DNA of 64,000 nt from assembly GCA_963727825.1 (NCBI GenBank), contig CAVSHO010000009.1, positions 480,001 to 544,000 of the forward strand. Direction: 5' to 3'. This DNA comes from Ignavibacteriota bacterium. Its GTDB lineage: Bacteria; Bacteroidota; Ignavibacteria; UBA10030. Of the stretch, positions 23,289 through 33,378 are shown in pieces; the first letter of the stretch is position 1, and each line of letters starts with the position of its first letter. Below the pieces are notes generated by a model. It was not told where the DNA came from. It saw only the letters and a program-made list of their open reading frames with translations, and made no database searches. The position numbers and the translations under genes were made by a program.

Positions 23289-23950
23289 ACAATCTTATAT
23301 AAACCTGAAATCAAACCTGCTTTTTCAATCACTCTTTTATATTGAAGCCGCCATTGCAATGCATTCGAGATAGTTAAATATCCCGTTTGTGGTTGGCTGT
23401 GCAATATCTCTTTTGCCAGTTTAAGCGCTTGAATTTCATCAATCGGAAGAAATCGATCTGTTAGACATGCAACTATATCGTCTGCATTGCCAGAGTTTTC
23501 GATAATACGCCGAATCTCCGTTGTCAGTTGGAAATCTGCAGTACGCGACTCATCTATAAATATTACATGCTTAATTGCAAGATTGGTAGTTCTTTCTTTT
23601 TTATTATCCGTTTTATAATAAACGAAAACAAGAAGTGAATACCCCAAGCCAAAAACCTTTTGCCTCGCGGAAGAAAACGGACAGGATGACTGTGGCTGCC
23701 GAATGCTTGTCACTTTGATGTCCACCTTCAATTCAGGAAAATCAATCCCTTTTGCCGAAGATCCTGTTTTGTAATGATAATGCGTTTGCAATCTCTTTTG
23801 GAATTTGTGTTCCAAGTAAGTACCTACCGCCTTCCCATCTGTTACACCATATAGAGATGGCTCGGAATGTTTAGATTCCTTTTCAGCAAATGACTTTGCT
23901 TCTTGTTTAATCAATTCGATGGTAAGTGGTTTTTTATTTCTTTTAATCAT
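23285..23950 (-). CDS. Type II restriction endonuclease (PD-(D/E)xK), resembling the NspV family from recall
   Basis: LYGVTDGKAVGTYLE, GIDFPELKVDIKVTS, SNALQWRLQY; translationally coupled to the methyltransferase. Confidence 0.75.
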   Translation of the reverse strand: MIKRNKKPLTIELIKQEAKSFAEKESKHSEPSLYGVTDGKAVGTYLEHKFQKRLQTHYHYKTGSSAKGIDFPELKVDIKVTSIRQPQSSCPFSSARQKVFGLGYSLLVFVYYKTDNKKERTTNLAIKHVIFIDESRTADFQLTTEIRRIIENSGNADDIVACLTDRFLPIDEIQALKLAKEILHSQPQTGYLTISNALQWRLQYKRVIEKAGLISGLYKIV

Positions 23951-24032
23951 ATGAATACCATTCTAATTCTTTTAAGAATTCATAATAAGAGGTTTGAAAA
24001 TTCCATATTGACTGCAATTGCCGCTCGCTTCT

Positions 24033-25460
24033 TTATTTCTTCGTCAATGACCCTTTTTGCTTTTGTTCAAATAAGAAAGTTCGTAGTCTCATCAATGAAG
24101 GACTGATGCCAACCTTAAAACGCTGCGGATTTTCGAAACGTTTACATTCTCCTGGCAAATAAGAAAATTGTTGTGATGCATGGCGTGCACTTTCAAGCGC
24201 ACTCGGCAAAGGACCGGTGATATGTCCATCTTCCATCACCTTCTGCATAATTGGCTTCGCAACCAATCCTCCAACGGTGTGTTGTTGTTCCGTATGCAAT
24301 GGATCGTAGAATACTTCGACGCCATCTTCTGACTCCATCATAACTCCGTCTGAATCGAAATGACCCATCGGGTCAAAATAACGCACCACTTTTTTTCGTC
24401 CGGGCAGCGATGTCTTTGTATAAATTTCTGCATACTTTAGTGTAGGCTGGTATCCAATGATGCTCTGTTTATATACGCCTTGTAATGCTGGACAATTATA
24501 AGCTGTCAATAGTCGAGTGCCAATGCCAAATGCATCAATTGGTGCACCTTGTTGAAGAAGACTATTAATAAGAAGCTCATCGAGTTGATTAGAGACGACA
24601 ATTTGTACATAGTTAAGTTTTGCGGCATCTAGAATCGCACGTGCTTTCTTGCTCAGAGATGCAAGATCGCCGGTGTCAAGCCGGATAGCTTTAAGTTTCT
24701 GTCCTTTCTCTTCCATTTCCTTTGCTACAATGAGTGCATTGGGTAGACCGCTTCTCATAACATTATACGTATCGACAAGCAGCGTACAATTTTCCGGATA
24801 AATTTCGGCATAGGACCGGAAAGCGGCCAATTCATCACCGAAACTTTGAATCCACGAATGTGATTGAGTACCGGCTAAATGAAGCGAGTAACGGAAAGCA
24901 GCATAGAGATTTGAAGTAGAATCTAATCCGCCAATGATAGCGGCTTTACTGGCTTGGATGCCTCCTAATCCTTGTGCCCGGCGCAAACCAACATCAATTA
25001 TTTTCCGATTGCCGGCTGCAAACCGGATACGTGATGCTTTTGTAGCTATGAGTGATTGGAAATTTAATAAATTAAGTAGTATCGTTTCAATGAGTTGCGT
25101 TTCAAAAAGAGTTCCCTCTACTCGAACGATCGGCTCTAACGGAAACACAATTTCACCTTCCCGCATAGCGTGAATTGTTCCCCTAAATCGAAAGTTATAC
25201 AGATAATTAAGAAATTCTTCTTTGAATCCGAGAGATCGAATATATTCAATTTCACTATCTTCAAACCGCAATTTTTCGAGAACCTCAAGAAGGTCGCTGA
25301 GTCCGGCAAATACGACATAACCGCTGCCAAAAGGGTTCTCCCGGAAGAAGTAGTCGAAGATTGCATTTGTTTCAGATTTCCCTGCTAAAAGATATCCCTG
25401 CGCCATTGTCAGCTGGTAGTAATCTGTGAAGAGCGCCGCATTCGACTCGAAGACTTTCAT
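24033..25460 (-). CDS. pncB: Nicotinate phosphoribosyltransferase
   Basis: LFTDYYQLTMAQGY, LIATKASRI, GLRRAQG, GTQSHSW, LLVDTY, IRLDTGD. Confidence 0.93.
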   Translation of the reverse strand: MKVFESNAALFTDYYQLTMAQGYLLAGKSETNAIFDYFFRENPFGSGYVVFAGLSDLLEVLEKLRFEDSEIEYIRSLGFKEEFLNYLYNFRFRGTIHAMREGEIVFPLEPIVRVEGTLFETQLIETILLNLLNFQSLIATKASRIRFAAGNRKIIDVGLRRAQGLGGIQASKAAIIGGLDSTSNLYAAFRYSLHLAGTQSHSWIQSFGDELAAFRSYAEIYPENCTLLVDTYNVMRSGLPNALIVAKEMEEKGQKLKAIRLDTGDLASLSKKARAILDAAKLNYVQIVVSNQLDELLINSLLQQGAPIDAFGIGTRLLTAYNCPALQGVYKQSIIGYQPTLKYAEIYTKTSLPGRKKVVRYFDPMGHFDSDGVMMESEDGVEVFYDPLHTEQQHTVGGLVAKPIMQKVMEDGHITGPLPSALESARHASQQFSYLPGECKRFENPQRFKVGISPSLMRLRTFLFEQKQKGSLTKK

Positions 25461-25506
25461 GGTCTTTCACTCTCCTAAATCGATCGTATATTTTATCCGA
25501 TAATAA

Positions 25507-25866
25507 TTAAAATGCATTTCTTATATGACGAATATCGGCTTTATTATTCTTGAATTCAATTGCAATAACATCAAATCTGCATGGACGGTCATCAATATCC
25601 TTTTCGAATAAATACCCTTCCGCGACCGCACGCACCTGTTCTTGTTTCTCTTCTGTAACTGCTTCCTCAGGACTGCCGAATGCTGTTGAGCGCCGCGCTT
25701 TTACTTCTACAAAAACTAATTCATCTCCTTCTTCCGCGATCAGATCAATCTCGCCGTGTTCAAAGCGGTAATTTCGTTCTTTAATTGTAAAGCCTTGTTG
25801 CTCAAGATAATTTGCTGCTAAATCTTCTCCCTCTCTTCCTTGTATACGACGATTGATTGGTGACAT
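25507..25866 (-). CDS. yraN: YraN (UPF0102) family endonuclease-like protein
   Basis: GREGEDLAANYL, GEIDLI, LVFVEVKAR, CRFDVI; adjacent to rnhB. Confidence 0.93.
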   Translation of the reverse strand: MSPINRRIQGREGEDLAANYLEQQGFTIKERNYRFEHGEIDLIAEEGDELVFVEVKARRSTAFGSPEEAVTEEKQEQVRAVAEGYLFEKDIDDRPCRFDVIAIEFKNNKADIRHIRNAF

Positions 25867-26002
25867 AGGCTCTTAACCTTGCCGTGTGTTCTTTCAAAAT
25901 AAAACGATCAAACAGAATTCACTTTACGAAAATAATTAATGGATCTGGCATATGCAATCTGTAGCGGCCGCTGAATGTAAACAGATGTCAGAATAATAAG
26001 AA

Positions 26003-26638
26003 TCAATCCTTTGACAATAAAAATTTTTTCTGAAGAGCTGACGGATGAAACGATCTGCGATGAATTTCACATAGACCGTACGTGCGTATGGCTTCAATGT
26101 GCTGGCGCGTTCCATATCCCTTATGCCGAGCAAAGCCATATTGTGGAAAACGAATATCAAGTTCGCGCATTAATCGATCACGCGTCACTTTCGCAACGAT
26201 TGAAGCAGCAGCAATTGTGAACGACTTTGCGTCGCCTCCAACAATATTTTTGAATCTCAGTGTTTCATGTTTGAACGAATTGCCGTCAATAAGGGCATAT
26301 TCCGGTTGAATATTCAAATTTTCTATCGACTTCCGCATCGCCAAAGTCGTTGCTTGCAGAATATTTATGCGATCAATCACTTCATGATCGACAATGCCAA
26401 TACCAACACTAATGGCTTTCTCCATAATCAATTTGAATAATTCTTCTCGCTGTATTGGTGTACACTTCTTAGAATCATCCACACTCTCAATAATAAACCC
26501 CTTGGGGAAAACAACCGCTGCAGCAACGACGGGACCTGCAAGCGGGCCGCGTCCTGCTTCATCCACACCGGCAATTCGCTCGATGCCTTGCACCCAAAGC
26601 GTATGTTCAAATTCAAGGTTGACGCAAGAATGTTTCAT
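26003..26638 (-). CDS. rnhB: Ribonuclease HII
   Basis: AGVDEAGRGPLAGPVVAAA, DSKK, IDGN, IAAASIVAKVTRD, HKGYGT. Confidence 0.97.
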   Translation of the reverse strand: MKHSCVNLEFEHTLWVQGIERIAGVDEAGRGPLAGPVVAAAVVFPKGFIIESVDDSKKCTPIQREELFKLIMEKAISVGIGIVDHEVIDRINILQATTLAMRKSIENLNIQPEYALIDGNSFKHETLRFKNIVGGDAKSFTIAAASIVAKVTRDRLMRELDIRFPQYGFARHKGYGTRQHIEAIRTYGLCEIHRRSFHPSALQKKFLLSKD

Positions 26639-26641
26639 GAT

Positions 26642-27484
26642 TTACATCGAACCGACGATAATTGAAATTAGCCCAACAATCATACTTAATTTTAAAATTG
26701 TACTGATACGTCTTAAAGCTTTTGGAGAATGGTCGCGCCATATTAGTATTATTGAGATGCAAATCATACAATCCGCAATAAGCACAATGTACAAAAACGC
26801 AGAACGATATAAAGCAAATATTGCCACCACAATAGTAACACCAATCAGTACAAGAAGCGAAGCAGTCGCAAGCACAAACGATAGTACAACGCCATATTTG
26901 ACTGGAAGTGTTACTGCATGTTCTCTTCGATCTCCTTCCATATCTTCTACGTCTTTTAGTAATTCACGCGCAAGATTCACAAGGAATGCGAATATCGCCG
27001 GAACAGCCGCACGTTCCCATCGTCCGACCACAACGCCACCATAAATGAACGCCATGCCCGTCATTAATCCTATAACGAGATTCCCGATAAGCACTGTCTT
27101 CTTTAACCGTGCTGAATATAAATAGAGAAGGGCAATAGAGAGGAATACAATCAGTAAAGCGGCTGAATTCAACAAAAGATTTATTCCGAGTGCCACGATA
27201 GAAAGAACCAGCCACATCCTCCGTGCATCATATTGTGTTAGCGCGCCGCGTGGTAATGGACGGTCCGGCCGATTGACGCGATCAATATCAATATCAAACG
27301 CGTCATTGATTGCGTTTGCACCTGCCGCCACTAACGCGCCCGTAAAGCCAGCTAAGAGAGTGAAAAACCACGAGTATGCGGTTCCACCGGCAATCCAGCA
27401 TGCAACAGGAATTGACACGAACGTAATAAGCACGTTCACCGGACGAGTAAGCTGAAAATATGCTATAAGTTTCTTAGAATTCAT
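26642..27484 (-). CDS. UbiA-family prenyltransferase, DGGGP-synthase-like clade
   Basis: LTRPVN, NAINDAFDIDIDRVNRPDRPLPRG, ARELLKDVEDMEGD; multiple TM helices. Confidence 0.85.
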   Translation of the reverse strand: MNSKKLIAYFQLTRPVNVLITFVSIPVACWIAGGTAYSWFFTLLAGFTGALVAAGANAINDAFDIDIDRVNRPDRPLPRGALTQYDARRMWLVLSIVALGINLLLNSAALLIVFLSIALLYLYSARLKKTVLIGNLVIGLMTGMAFIYGGVVVGRWERAAVPAIFAFLVNLARELLKDVEDMEGDRREHAVTLPVKYGVVLSFVLATASLLVLIGVTIVVAIFALYRSAFLYIVLIADCMICISIILIWRDHSPKALRRISTILKLSMIVGLISIIVGSM

Positions 27485-29270
27485 TAATCAATCTAATATG
27501 AATTTTTGCCGTACTAAATGTATCACCTTCGCCAAGAGCAAAGCTCACGTCAATTAAACCAAGAGAGGAATCCAATCGCACACCAATTCCGTACCCAACT
27601 TTAGTCTGTTCTGATGCCGTCATATTAATTGTAGCGATGTCGGGCTGAACGATGTAGCCAACATCAATAAAACCATAGAAGAAAGAGCGCGGCGCGACAA
27701 GAAAGCGATATTCCAAATTCGTCCACACAATGCGTGAACCAAGAAACTGCCCTTCTCGATAACCACGTAGTGTTGACGCACCGCCAAGCTGAAATAAATC
27801 ACTAATGTCCATATTGCCGCTGCTAAAATCTCGAAGATGCAATTCCGCTGCGAACACCTGTCGAGAGAAAGTTGAAAGATAGTACGAGAAATCAAATACC
27901 AAACGCTGTGTTGTGCTTTTAACTTCCGTGGGGAACAACACGCTTGTGCCTGATTGTTTAGATCCAGTTTGATATTCTGTTGAATATAGGATACCACTTG
28001 TAGGCGTTGTTGGATTATCACGCGAATCATATCGAATGGATACACCCAAATTTGAGGTATTGCTTTGTGCCATTACTGAACTTCCGTATCCTTGCGTCGG
28101 ATAAACACCGCTCTGAGAAAACGAAACACCGACGGAAAACTCATCTGTCAACATTAAATCTGCAGATACGTCATATTGAGTCTTCACAAACGTTGAATCC
28201 TGTTTGCGTTGAAAAAATCCAAGCTGCACATTCACCGGATACGAAGCCACCCACGGTTCAAAGTAGTGAAGTTCTGTTTCCTGCGTACTTTGATTCTCTT
28301 GATACCAACGAGCAGAAAGTTTGCGCCCCGTGCCAAAGAGATTTCTTAGCGAGATGTTAACGAGTCCAGTGAGGTAACCACCCCCGCTTGATCCGTTAGA
28401 TGGAATATAGCCAAGCACACCATCGAAACTGTTTTGATTTCCTTCAACAACCTTCTCAAATAATCCCGCTCGTTCTGTATCGATTAAATATAATTCCGGT
28501 AACGAAACTGAAGAGAAGAGTTGCAGATGATCTAGCCGTCGCTTGATTCTTTCTTGAAGATCACCGCTAAACAACTCGTTTTTGTACAATCTCGCTTCAC
28601 GAGTAATGACATAATCTTTCGTTGTTTTATTGCCCTCTATTCGCAGTTCAGTGATATGCAATACTTTCCCTTCATCAATATGAACTTGCACTCTCGTGGA
28701 CATTTCTTCAGTTGAATCAATAAAAGAGATATTCTGAATCACTACTTTCGCAAGCGGATATCCCTTGTGCTCATACATCTGTAGAATCGACTGGATATCT
28801 TGTTCTAAAATAGAAGGAACAAATATATCGCCTTCGTGTAATTTCATGACTGTGTGCAGTTCAGAAGCATTTAAATTCCGATTGCCGTCAAATTCAATCT
28901 GCCGTACAACTGATGGTTTTCCTTCATTCAGAAAAACACGAAGTTCTATATCCTTCCGCAGTGTATCGCGTTTCATCTGCACCGAATCCACACAAGTATG
29001 CAGAAACGCTTGGCTTTTATAAAGATCGAGAATGCGTTCAAGATCGGCAGTCAGCATGGGCTCGGAAAACATTCCACCTTTTTTTGTTAAAAACACAGAA
29101 GTAAGCTGGTTGGCAGAGAATGCATGATTTCCTTCAAAGCTGATCGAGCGAACAGTCAATGAAGTTTGTCCTTCGGCGACCGTCAAGAAAACAATAAGAA
29201 GTGTGCCGTATAGAAAGCAGTAATCCCTTGTGAAAATAGCTCTCACACCAGCTAAATAAGTATGCACCAC
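27474..29270 (-). CDS. Omp85 (BamA/TamA) family outer-membrane protein with POTRA repeats
   Basis: ISFEGN, IEFDGN and IEGNKTTKDYVITRE POTRA starts; LGGASTLRGY loop; terminal Phe. Start placed at GTG near 29270 (ORF track gives 29330). Confidence 0.88.
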   Translation of the reverse strand: MVHTYLAGVRAIFTRDYCFLYGTLLIVFLTVAEGQTSLTVRSISFEGNHAFSANQLTSVFLTKKGGMFSEPMLTADLERILDLYKSQAFLHTCVDSVQMKRDTLRKDIELRVFLNEGKPSVVRQIEFDGNRNLNASELHTVMKLHEGDIFVPSILEQDIQSILQMYEHKGYPLAKVVIQNISFIDSTEEMSTRVQVHIDEGKVLHITELRIEGNKTTKDYVITREARLYKNELFSGDLQERIKRRLDHLQLFSSVSLPELYLIDTERAGLFEKVVEGNQNSFDGVLGYIPSNGSSGGGYLTGLVNISLRNLFGTGRKLSARWYQENQSTQETELHYFEPWVASYPVNVQLGFFQRKQDSTFVKTQYDVSADLMLTDEFSVGVSFSQSGVYPTQGYGSSVMAQSNTSNLGVSIRYDSRDNPTTPTSGILYSTEYQTGSKQSGTSVLFPTEVKSTTQRLVFDFSYYLSTFSRQVFAAELHLRDFSSGNMDISDLFQLGGASTLRGYREGQFLGSRIVWTNLEYRFLVAPRSFFYGFIDVGYIVQPDIATINMTASEQTKVGYGIGVRLDSSLGLIDVSFALGEGDTFSTAKIHIRLINEF

Positions 29271-29274
29271 TACT

Positions 29275-30588
29275 TCACCGTATCCTTCCCCACAAATCAG
29301 TCTCTGGATATACAATCCGGTAGTCCCCAAGTCCTATTTCATCTATAAAAAGGAATTCCCGATTTTGTTCATAATAGTACCAAATTTCGTACGGTTTGTT
29401 ATCTGAATTGAAGGGATGACGCTCTATATTTTGAGGCGGACCAAATTGAATAAATATCATTCCTCTATCAGTTTTCCATCCTTCCATATGGTTCGCATAG
29501 TTTTTATCAGCATATTCCACACGCGAATAGTACTCTTCAATCAATTCATTATTCGATGCATTTGGATCGGGATTGTGCTTAGACCAGAATTCAAGAAACC
29601 GTTTCTGTTTCTCACCTGGAGTTGTCGCTTCTCTGATATGATCGATTTCGTTGTCTTTGGCAATGTACTGAAGCTGTTCTGTTGCCTTATCGATATCAGT
29701 AATAAACAGCGGCATATTTTTCATTCGAACAATACAGCCGCGAGATACAAATGCACGAAACGATTTGCCTGAATCAACTTTAGAATTTCCTGCGGCTTCG
29801 ACTGTAAGTAAATATTGATCGGGAACAATTGAAATCGTGTCGATCTGCCAGATCACTGATGTTCGATTACCAGCAAGCAATTCACTTTTTGTTCGCTGCG
29901 CAACAATTTCCTGTTTTGAATTTATAAACTTGCAGATTAATTGAACCGAATCGATTTTCATGCGATTGTAGATTTCAAAAAAGAGATAGAAGCTGCTTTG
30001 TTCTTTACTAATCATTCCTGTTAGATTGGGAACAATATTTTTGCGTGTACCATCGAAGGTCATTCGATGAACAAACATCATATCGCTCAATGCCAGCGTA
30101 TCATTCCCAAAGTCTTTTACAACGATGGACCGTTTGGATGTCTCGATTTTCTTAGATTCTTGATCTGTTACTTGAACAAGGAGATCATATTTCCCCGGTG
30201 CAAGATCTGTGGAAAATTGCTTCAGACTGAAAAATCGGTTGGAAACGGTTTGCGAAAAGTTTTTCGGATGCAGCTCTACAAACTGACTTTTTTGCCAGAG
30301 TTGCTGCTTCTCCTGAGAAAGCAATGCTGCAGAAATTTCAAATTGCCCAGTATATTGCTCTTCTCCTTTAATAAAGCTTATTTCCGGATAGGGAATCTGA
30401 ACATAAATGTCAACATGCCCCTTACCAATTTGATCAGATGCAGTTGCGAATGCTTCTATATAAAGATTAGGCGCTGCCTCATTGGGATGTGTATTCTTAT
30501 TCTGTGCATGCATGCACGCACCAAGTATTCCAATCGCGAAGACCGTCTTACATAATAGATTTTTCCAACTTGCTCGAAAATATGACAT
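29275..30588 (-). CDS. GWxTD domain-containing exported protein
   Basis: FWSKHNPDP, EYYSRVEYA, GWKTDRGMIFIQFGPP, YEIWYY. Confidence 0.9.
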   Translation of the reverse strand: MSYFRASWKNLLCKTVFAIGILGACMHAQNKNTHPNEAAPNLYIEAFATASDQIGKGHVDIYVQIPYPEISFIKGEEQYTGQFEISAALLSQEKQQLWQKSQFVELHPKNFSQTVSNRFFSLKQFSTDLAPGKYDLLVQVTDQESKKIETSKRSIVVKDFGNDTLALSDMMFVHRMTFDGTRKNIVPNLTGMISKEQSSFYLFFEIYNRMKIDSVQLICKFINSKQEIVAQRTKSELLAGNRTSVIWQIDTISIVPDQYLLTVEAAGNSKVDSGKSFRAFVSRGCIVRMKNMPLFITDIDKATEQLQYIAKDNEIDHIREATTPGEKQKRFLEFWSKHNPDPNASNNELIEEYYSRVEYADKNYANHMEGWKTDRGMIFIQFGPPQNIERHPFNSDNKPYEIWYYYEQNREFLFIDEIGLGDYRIVYPETDLWGRIR

Positions 30589-30617
30589 AGTATTTTATTT
30601 GCCTCGCAACGTACAAA

Positions 30618-31904
30618 TCACACCGATGCAAATAAATCGTACTCCACCGCATCGGTAATAGTAACTGTATGGAATGTTCCGACCTTTAACGGCTTATGGC
30701 TACTCACGAATACCTCCTGGTCGATTTCCGGTGCGTCCCATTCTGTTCTGCCTATAAAAAATTCTCCATCCTGAGAATCAATCAAGACTTTCTCTGTTTT
30801 TCCAATCATAGATTCATTGTTATGTTCTGAAATATTCTTCTGTATTTCCATAATCGCCGCCTGCCGTTCCAGCTTTATCTCTTCTGAAACCGAATCGTCA
30901 AGTTCAAATGCTGCGGTACCTTCTTCTTTCGAATATGTGAATACGCCAAGGCGGTGGAAGCGCATCTCCTGGACAAAGTCGCGTAATGCTTTAAAATCGT
31001 CTTCCGTTTCGTTTGGATAACCGACGATGAGTGTGGTACGGAGCGCAACATTAGATATTTCGTTCTTTAAGCGCAACAGCAAATCCCTTGTTGATCGTCC
31101 TGTAATGCCGCGCCTCATTGATTTTAATACGTTGTCAGAATTATGTTGAATTGGAATATCAATATATCGGCATAGTTTTGGGAATTTTTGAAATGCCTCG
31201 ATGACATCGAGTGGAAATTTTGCAGGATAGGCATACATAAGCCGAATCCATTTGATTTCATCAATATTGTTTAACTCACCAAGAAGTTTTGCAAGCCTCC
31301 GCTCACCGTACAAATCCAATCCATAGTATGTGGTGTCTTGCGCGATGACTATGAGTTCTTTCACGCCCTTTTCTGCCAACAGCCGCGCTTCATGAACAAC
31401 TTCTTCAATCAGCTTGCTTCGGTGCTGTCCGCGCATAAGGGGGATCGCACAGAATGAACATGGATTGTCACAACCTTCGGAGATTTTTAAATAAGCGTAA
31501 TGGACTGGAGTTGTCAGGAAACGTTCACCGAGAAGTTCGCTTTTATAATCTACGTTAAGATATTTGAGCACATCGGGCAATTGATTTGTGCCAAAGAATG
31601 AATCGACTTCTGGAATTTCGGAGGCGAGTTCTTTTTTAAATCGCTCTGAGAGGCATCCCATTACCACAATTTTTTTTAGTTCGCCGCGATTCTTCTTTTC
31701 CACCGCTTCCATAATAGCATCGATGGATTCCTGCTTCGCATCCTTAATAAATCCGCAAGTGTTGATGACAACTGTGTCGGCATCATCTGCGCTCGCAACT
31801 ATTTGCGTATTGCTATTCTTTAATTGGCCCAGAAGGTATTCAGAGTCAACAATGTTCTTTGGACATCCGAGCGTAACTATATTGATCTTCGATTTTTCAG
31901 ACAC
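30618..31904 (-). CDS. rimO: Ribosomal protein S12 methylthiotransferase
   Basis: LGCPKNIVDSE, INTCGFI, radical SAM EGCDNPCSFCAIP, DAPEID TRAM domain. Confidence 0.96.
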   Translation of the reverse strand: MSEKSKINIVTLGCPKNIVDSEYLLGQLKNSNTQIVASADDADTVVINTCGFIKDAKQESIDAIMEAVEKKNRGELKKIVVMGCLSERFKKELASEIPEVDSFFGTNQLPDVLKYLNVDYKSELLGERFLTTPVHYAYLKISEGCDNPCSFCAIPLMRGQHRSKLIEEVVHEARLLAEKGVKELIVIAQDTTYYGLDLYGERRLAKLLGELNNIDEIKWIRLMYAYPAKFPLDVIEAFQKFPKLCRYIDIPIQHNSDNVLKSMRRGITGRSTRDLLLRLKNEISNVALRTTLIVGYPNETEDDFKALRDFVQEMRFHRLGVFTYSKEEGTAAFELDDSVSEEIKLERQAAIMEIQKNISEHNNESMIGKTEKVLIDSQDGEFFIGRTEWDAPEIDQEVFVSSHKPLKVGTFHTVTITDAVEYDLFASV

Positions 31905-31928
31905 ACATATCTTTCGATACGATTATTG

Positions 31929-32879
31929 TCACGATAACACAACGAAATCAATATAAAGATACACAATCGGTGAGATATAAACCAAACTGTCAAAGCGGTC
32001 ATATACACCGCCATGCCCCGGAATCAATTTAGAAGCATCTTTTAATCCGGCATCCCGCTTAAAACGGGATTCGATAAGATCACCCAATTGCCCGAATGTC
32101 CCAATAAGCACGCCGATAACAATCGCATGGTAGAACGTAAGATAACCAATCACAAATATTTTTGCCACCACCATCGTCAATATTGAGAAGATAAAACCAA
32201 AGACCGCACCTTCCCAGGTTTTTTTTGGGCTGACACTTTCGAACAATCGATGTTTTCCAAATGCCGATCCTCCAAAGTATGCCGCTGTATCGCACATCCA
32301 AATTGATACAAAGACAGCGATTACCGTGTATCCGCCCCAGCGATTGATCTGAGCGAACTGAAGATCGTCCGCATAACCTAATGCAAAAAATTTGTATACA
32401 GGGAACCCATATGGAAATAATTCTCGCAAGAAAATAAGTGTGCCAAAGCAGAGCGAGACGATCATCACACCTGATATTGTTGTTGAAATGTTGATTATCG
32501 GCGAGCCTTTAGTACGGAACAGTTCTATCAGCATTGTCAGAAGTAAAAGCATCAGCAAAACAACTGTGAGAAGCTGATGCTGCGAGAACATTGAAAGATG
32601 AATATTAAAATGATTAAGAACGAATTGATAGATATCAACCTGAAGCCGTTCGTAAACAAACACGGCGTTGATAATAACTCCGGCTACAAGCCCGATAGTT
32701 TTCAGCGGCGCGGCGCCCTTGGCTTCTGCCAGTCCATAGAATTCAAACAAAGTAAGCGATGAGATGGCGGCGATAAGTAAGAAGAAGCAATATCCGCCGA
32801 GCATTGTCAGCCATAAAATGATTGGAATTGCAATAAGCGCTACAAGCACGCGTATGAAGAGATTTTCAAATTTATGCAT
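31929..32879 (-). CDS. cdsA: Phosphatidate cytidylyltransferase
   Basis: DTAAYFGG, VSPKKTWEG, GDLIESRFKRDAGLKD, IPGHGGVYDRFDS. Confidence 0.95.
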   Translation of the reverse strand: MHKFENLFIRVLVALIAIPIILWLTMLGGYCFFLLIAAISSLTLFEFYGLAEAKGAAPLKTIGLVAGVIINAVFVYERLQVDIYQFVLNHFNIHLSMFSQHQLLTVVLLMLLLLTMLIELFRTKGSPIINISTTISGVMIVSLCFGTLIFLRELFPYGFPVYKFFALGYADDLQFAQINRWGGYTVIAVFVSIWMCDTAAYFGGSAFGKHRLFESVSPKKTWEGAVFGFIFSILTMVVAKIFVIGYLTFYHAIVIGVLIGTFGQLGDLIESRFKRDAGLKDASKLIPGHGGVYDRFDSLVYISPIVYLYIDFVVLS

Positions 32880-32910
32880 TTTTTAACTATCAATTAAAGG
32901 TGATATGTGA

Positions 32911-33378
32911 TTAATTATTATCGATAAGATTCAATTCTTTAAGAAGTGCTTTTGCCTTTTCAATTTCGGATTTCCTGATGAACAATAACACACGATTTTC
33001 GTTCAACCAATATGTCGTAATGTGGTCATGTAAAGAAAAAGTTTTTACTTCGATCCCGCCGTCCGCAAGATTACGCACGAGTGCTTCTGCTTCAAAATCT
33101 GAATCTGGCTGATACAATATACTCCACTCTTGAAACAATATCTTATGCTCAGGATTATTACATAAAATCTTTCCGTCGCTCTTCACCTCGCAATCAGAAC
33201 AAACCGGTTTACCGCAGATAACACAAAGCCCGACTGCACGATGATTTGGATGCGTTTCACATTCAATTTTAGGAATTCTATCTTCATTCGCGTCAAGCAG
33301 CGTGCCACACACAATACAAAACTTTTGTCCATCTTGAAGTTGTGTTGAGCAATTTTTACATGTGTTAATTGCTTTCAT
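32911..33378 (-). CDS. Zinc-ribbon/B-box-like protein with DUF2007-like C-terminus
   Basis: CKNC..CIVC; CETH..CVICGKPVCSDC; C-terminal EAEALVRNLADGGI. Confidence 0.65.
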   Translation of the reverse strand: MKAINTCKNCSTQLQDGQKFCIVCGTLLDANEDRIPKIECETHPNHRAVGLCVICGKPVCSDCEVKSDGKILCNNPEHKILFQEWSILYQPDSDFEAEALVRNLADGGIEVKTFSLHDHITTYWLNENRVLLFIRKSEIEKAKALLKELNLIDNN

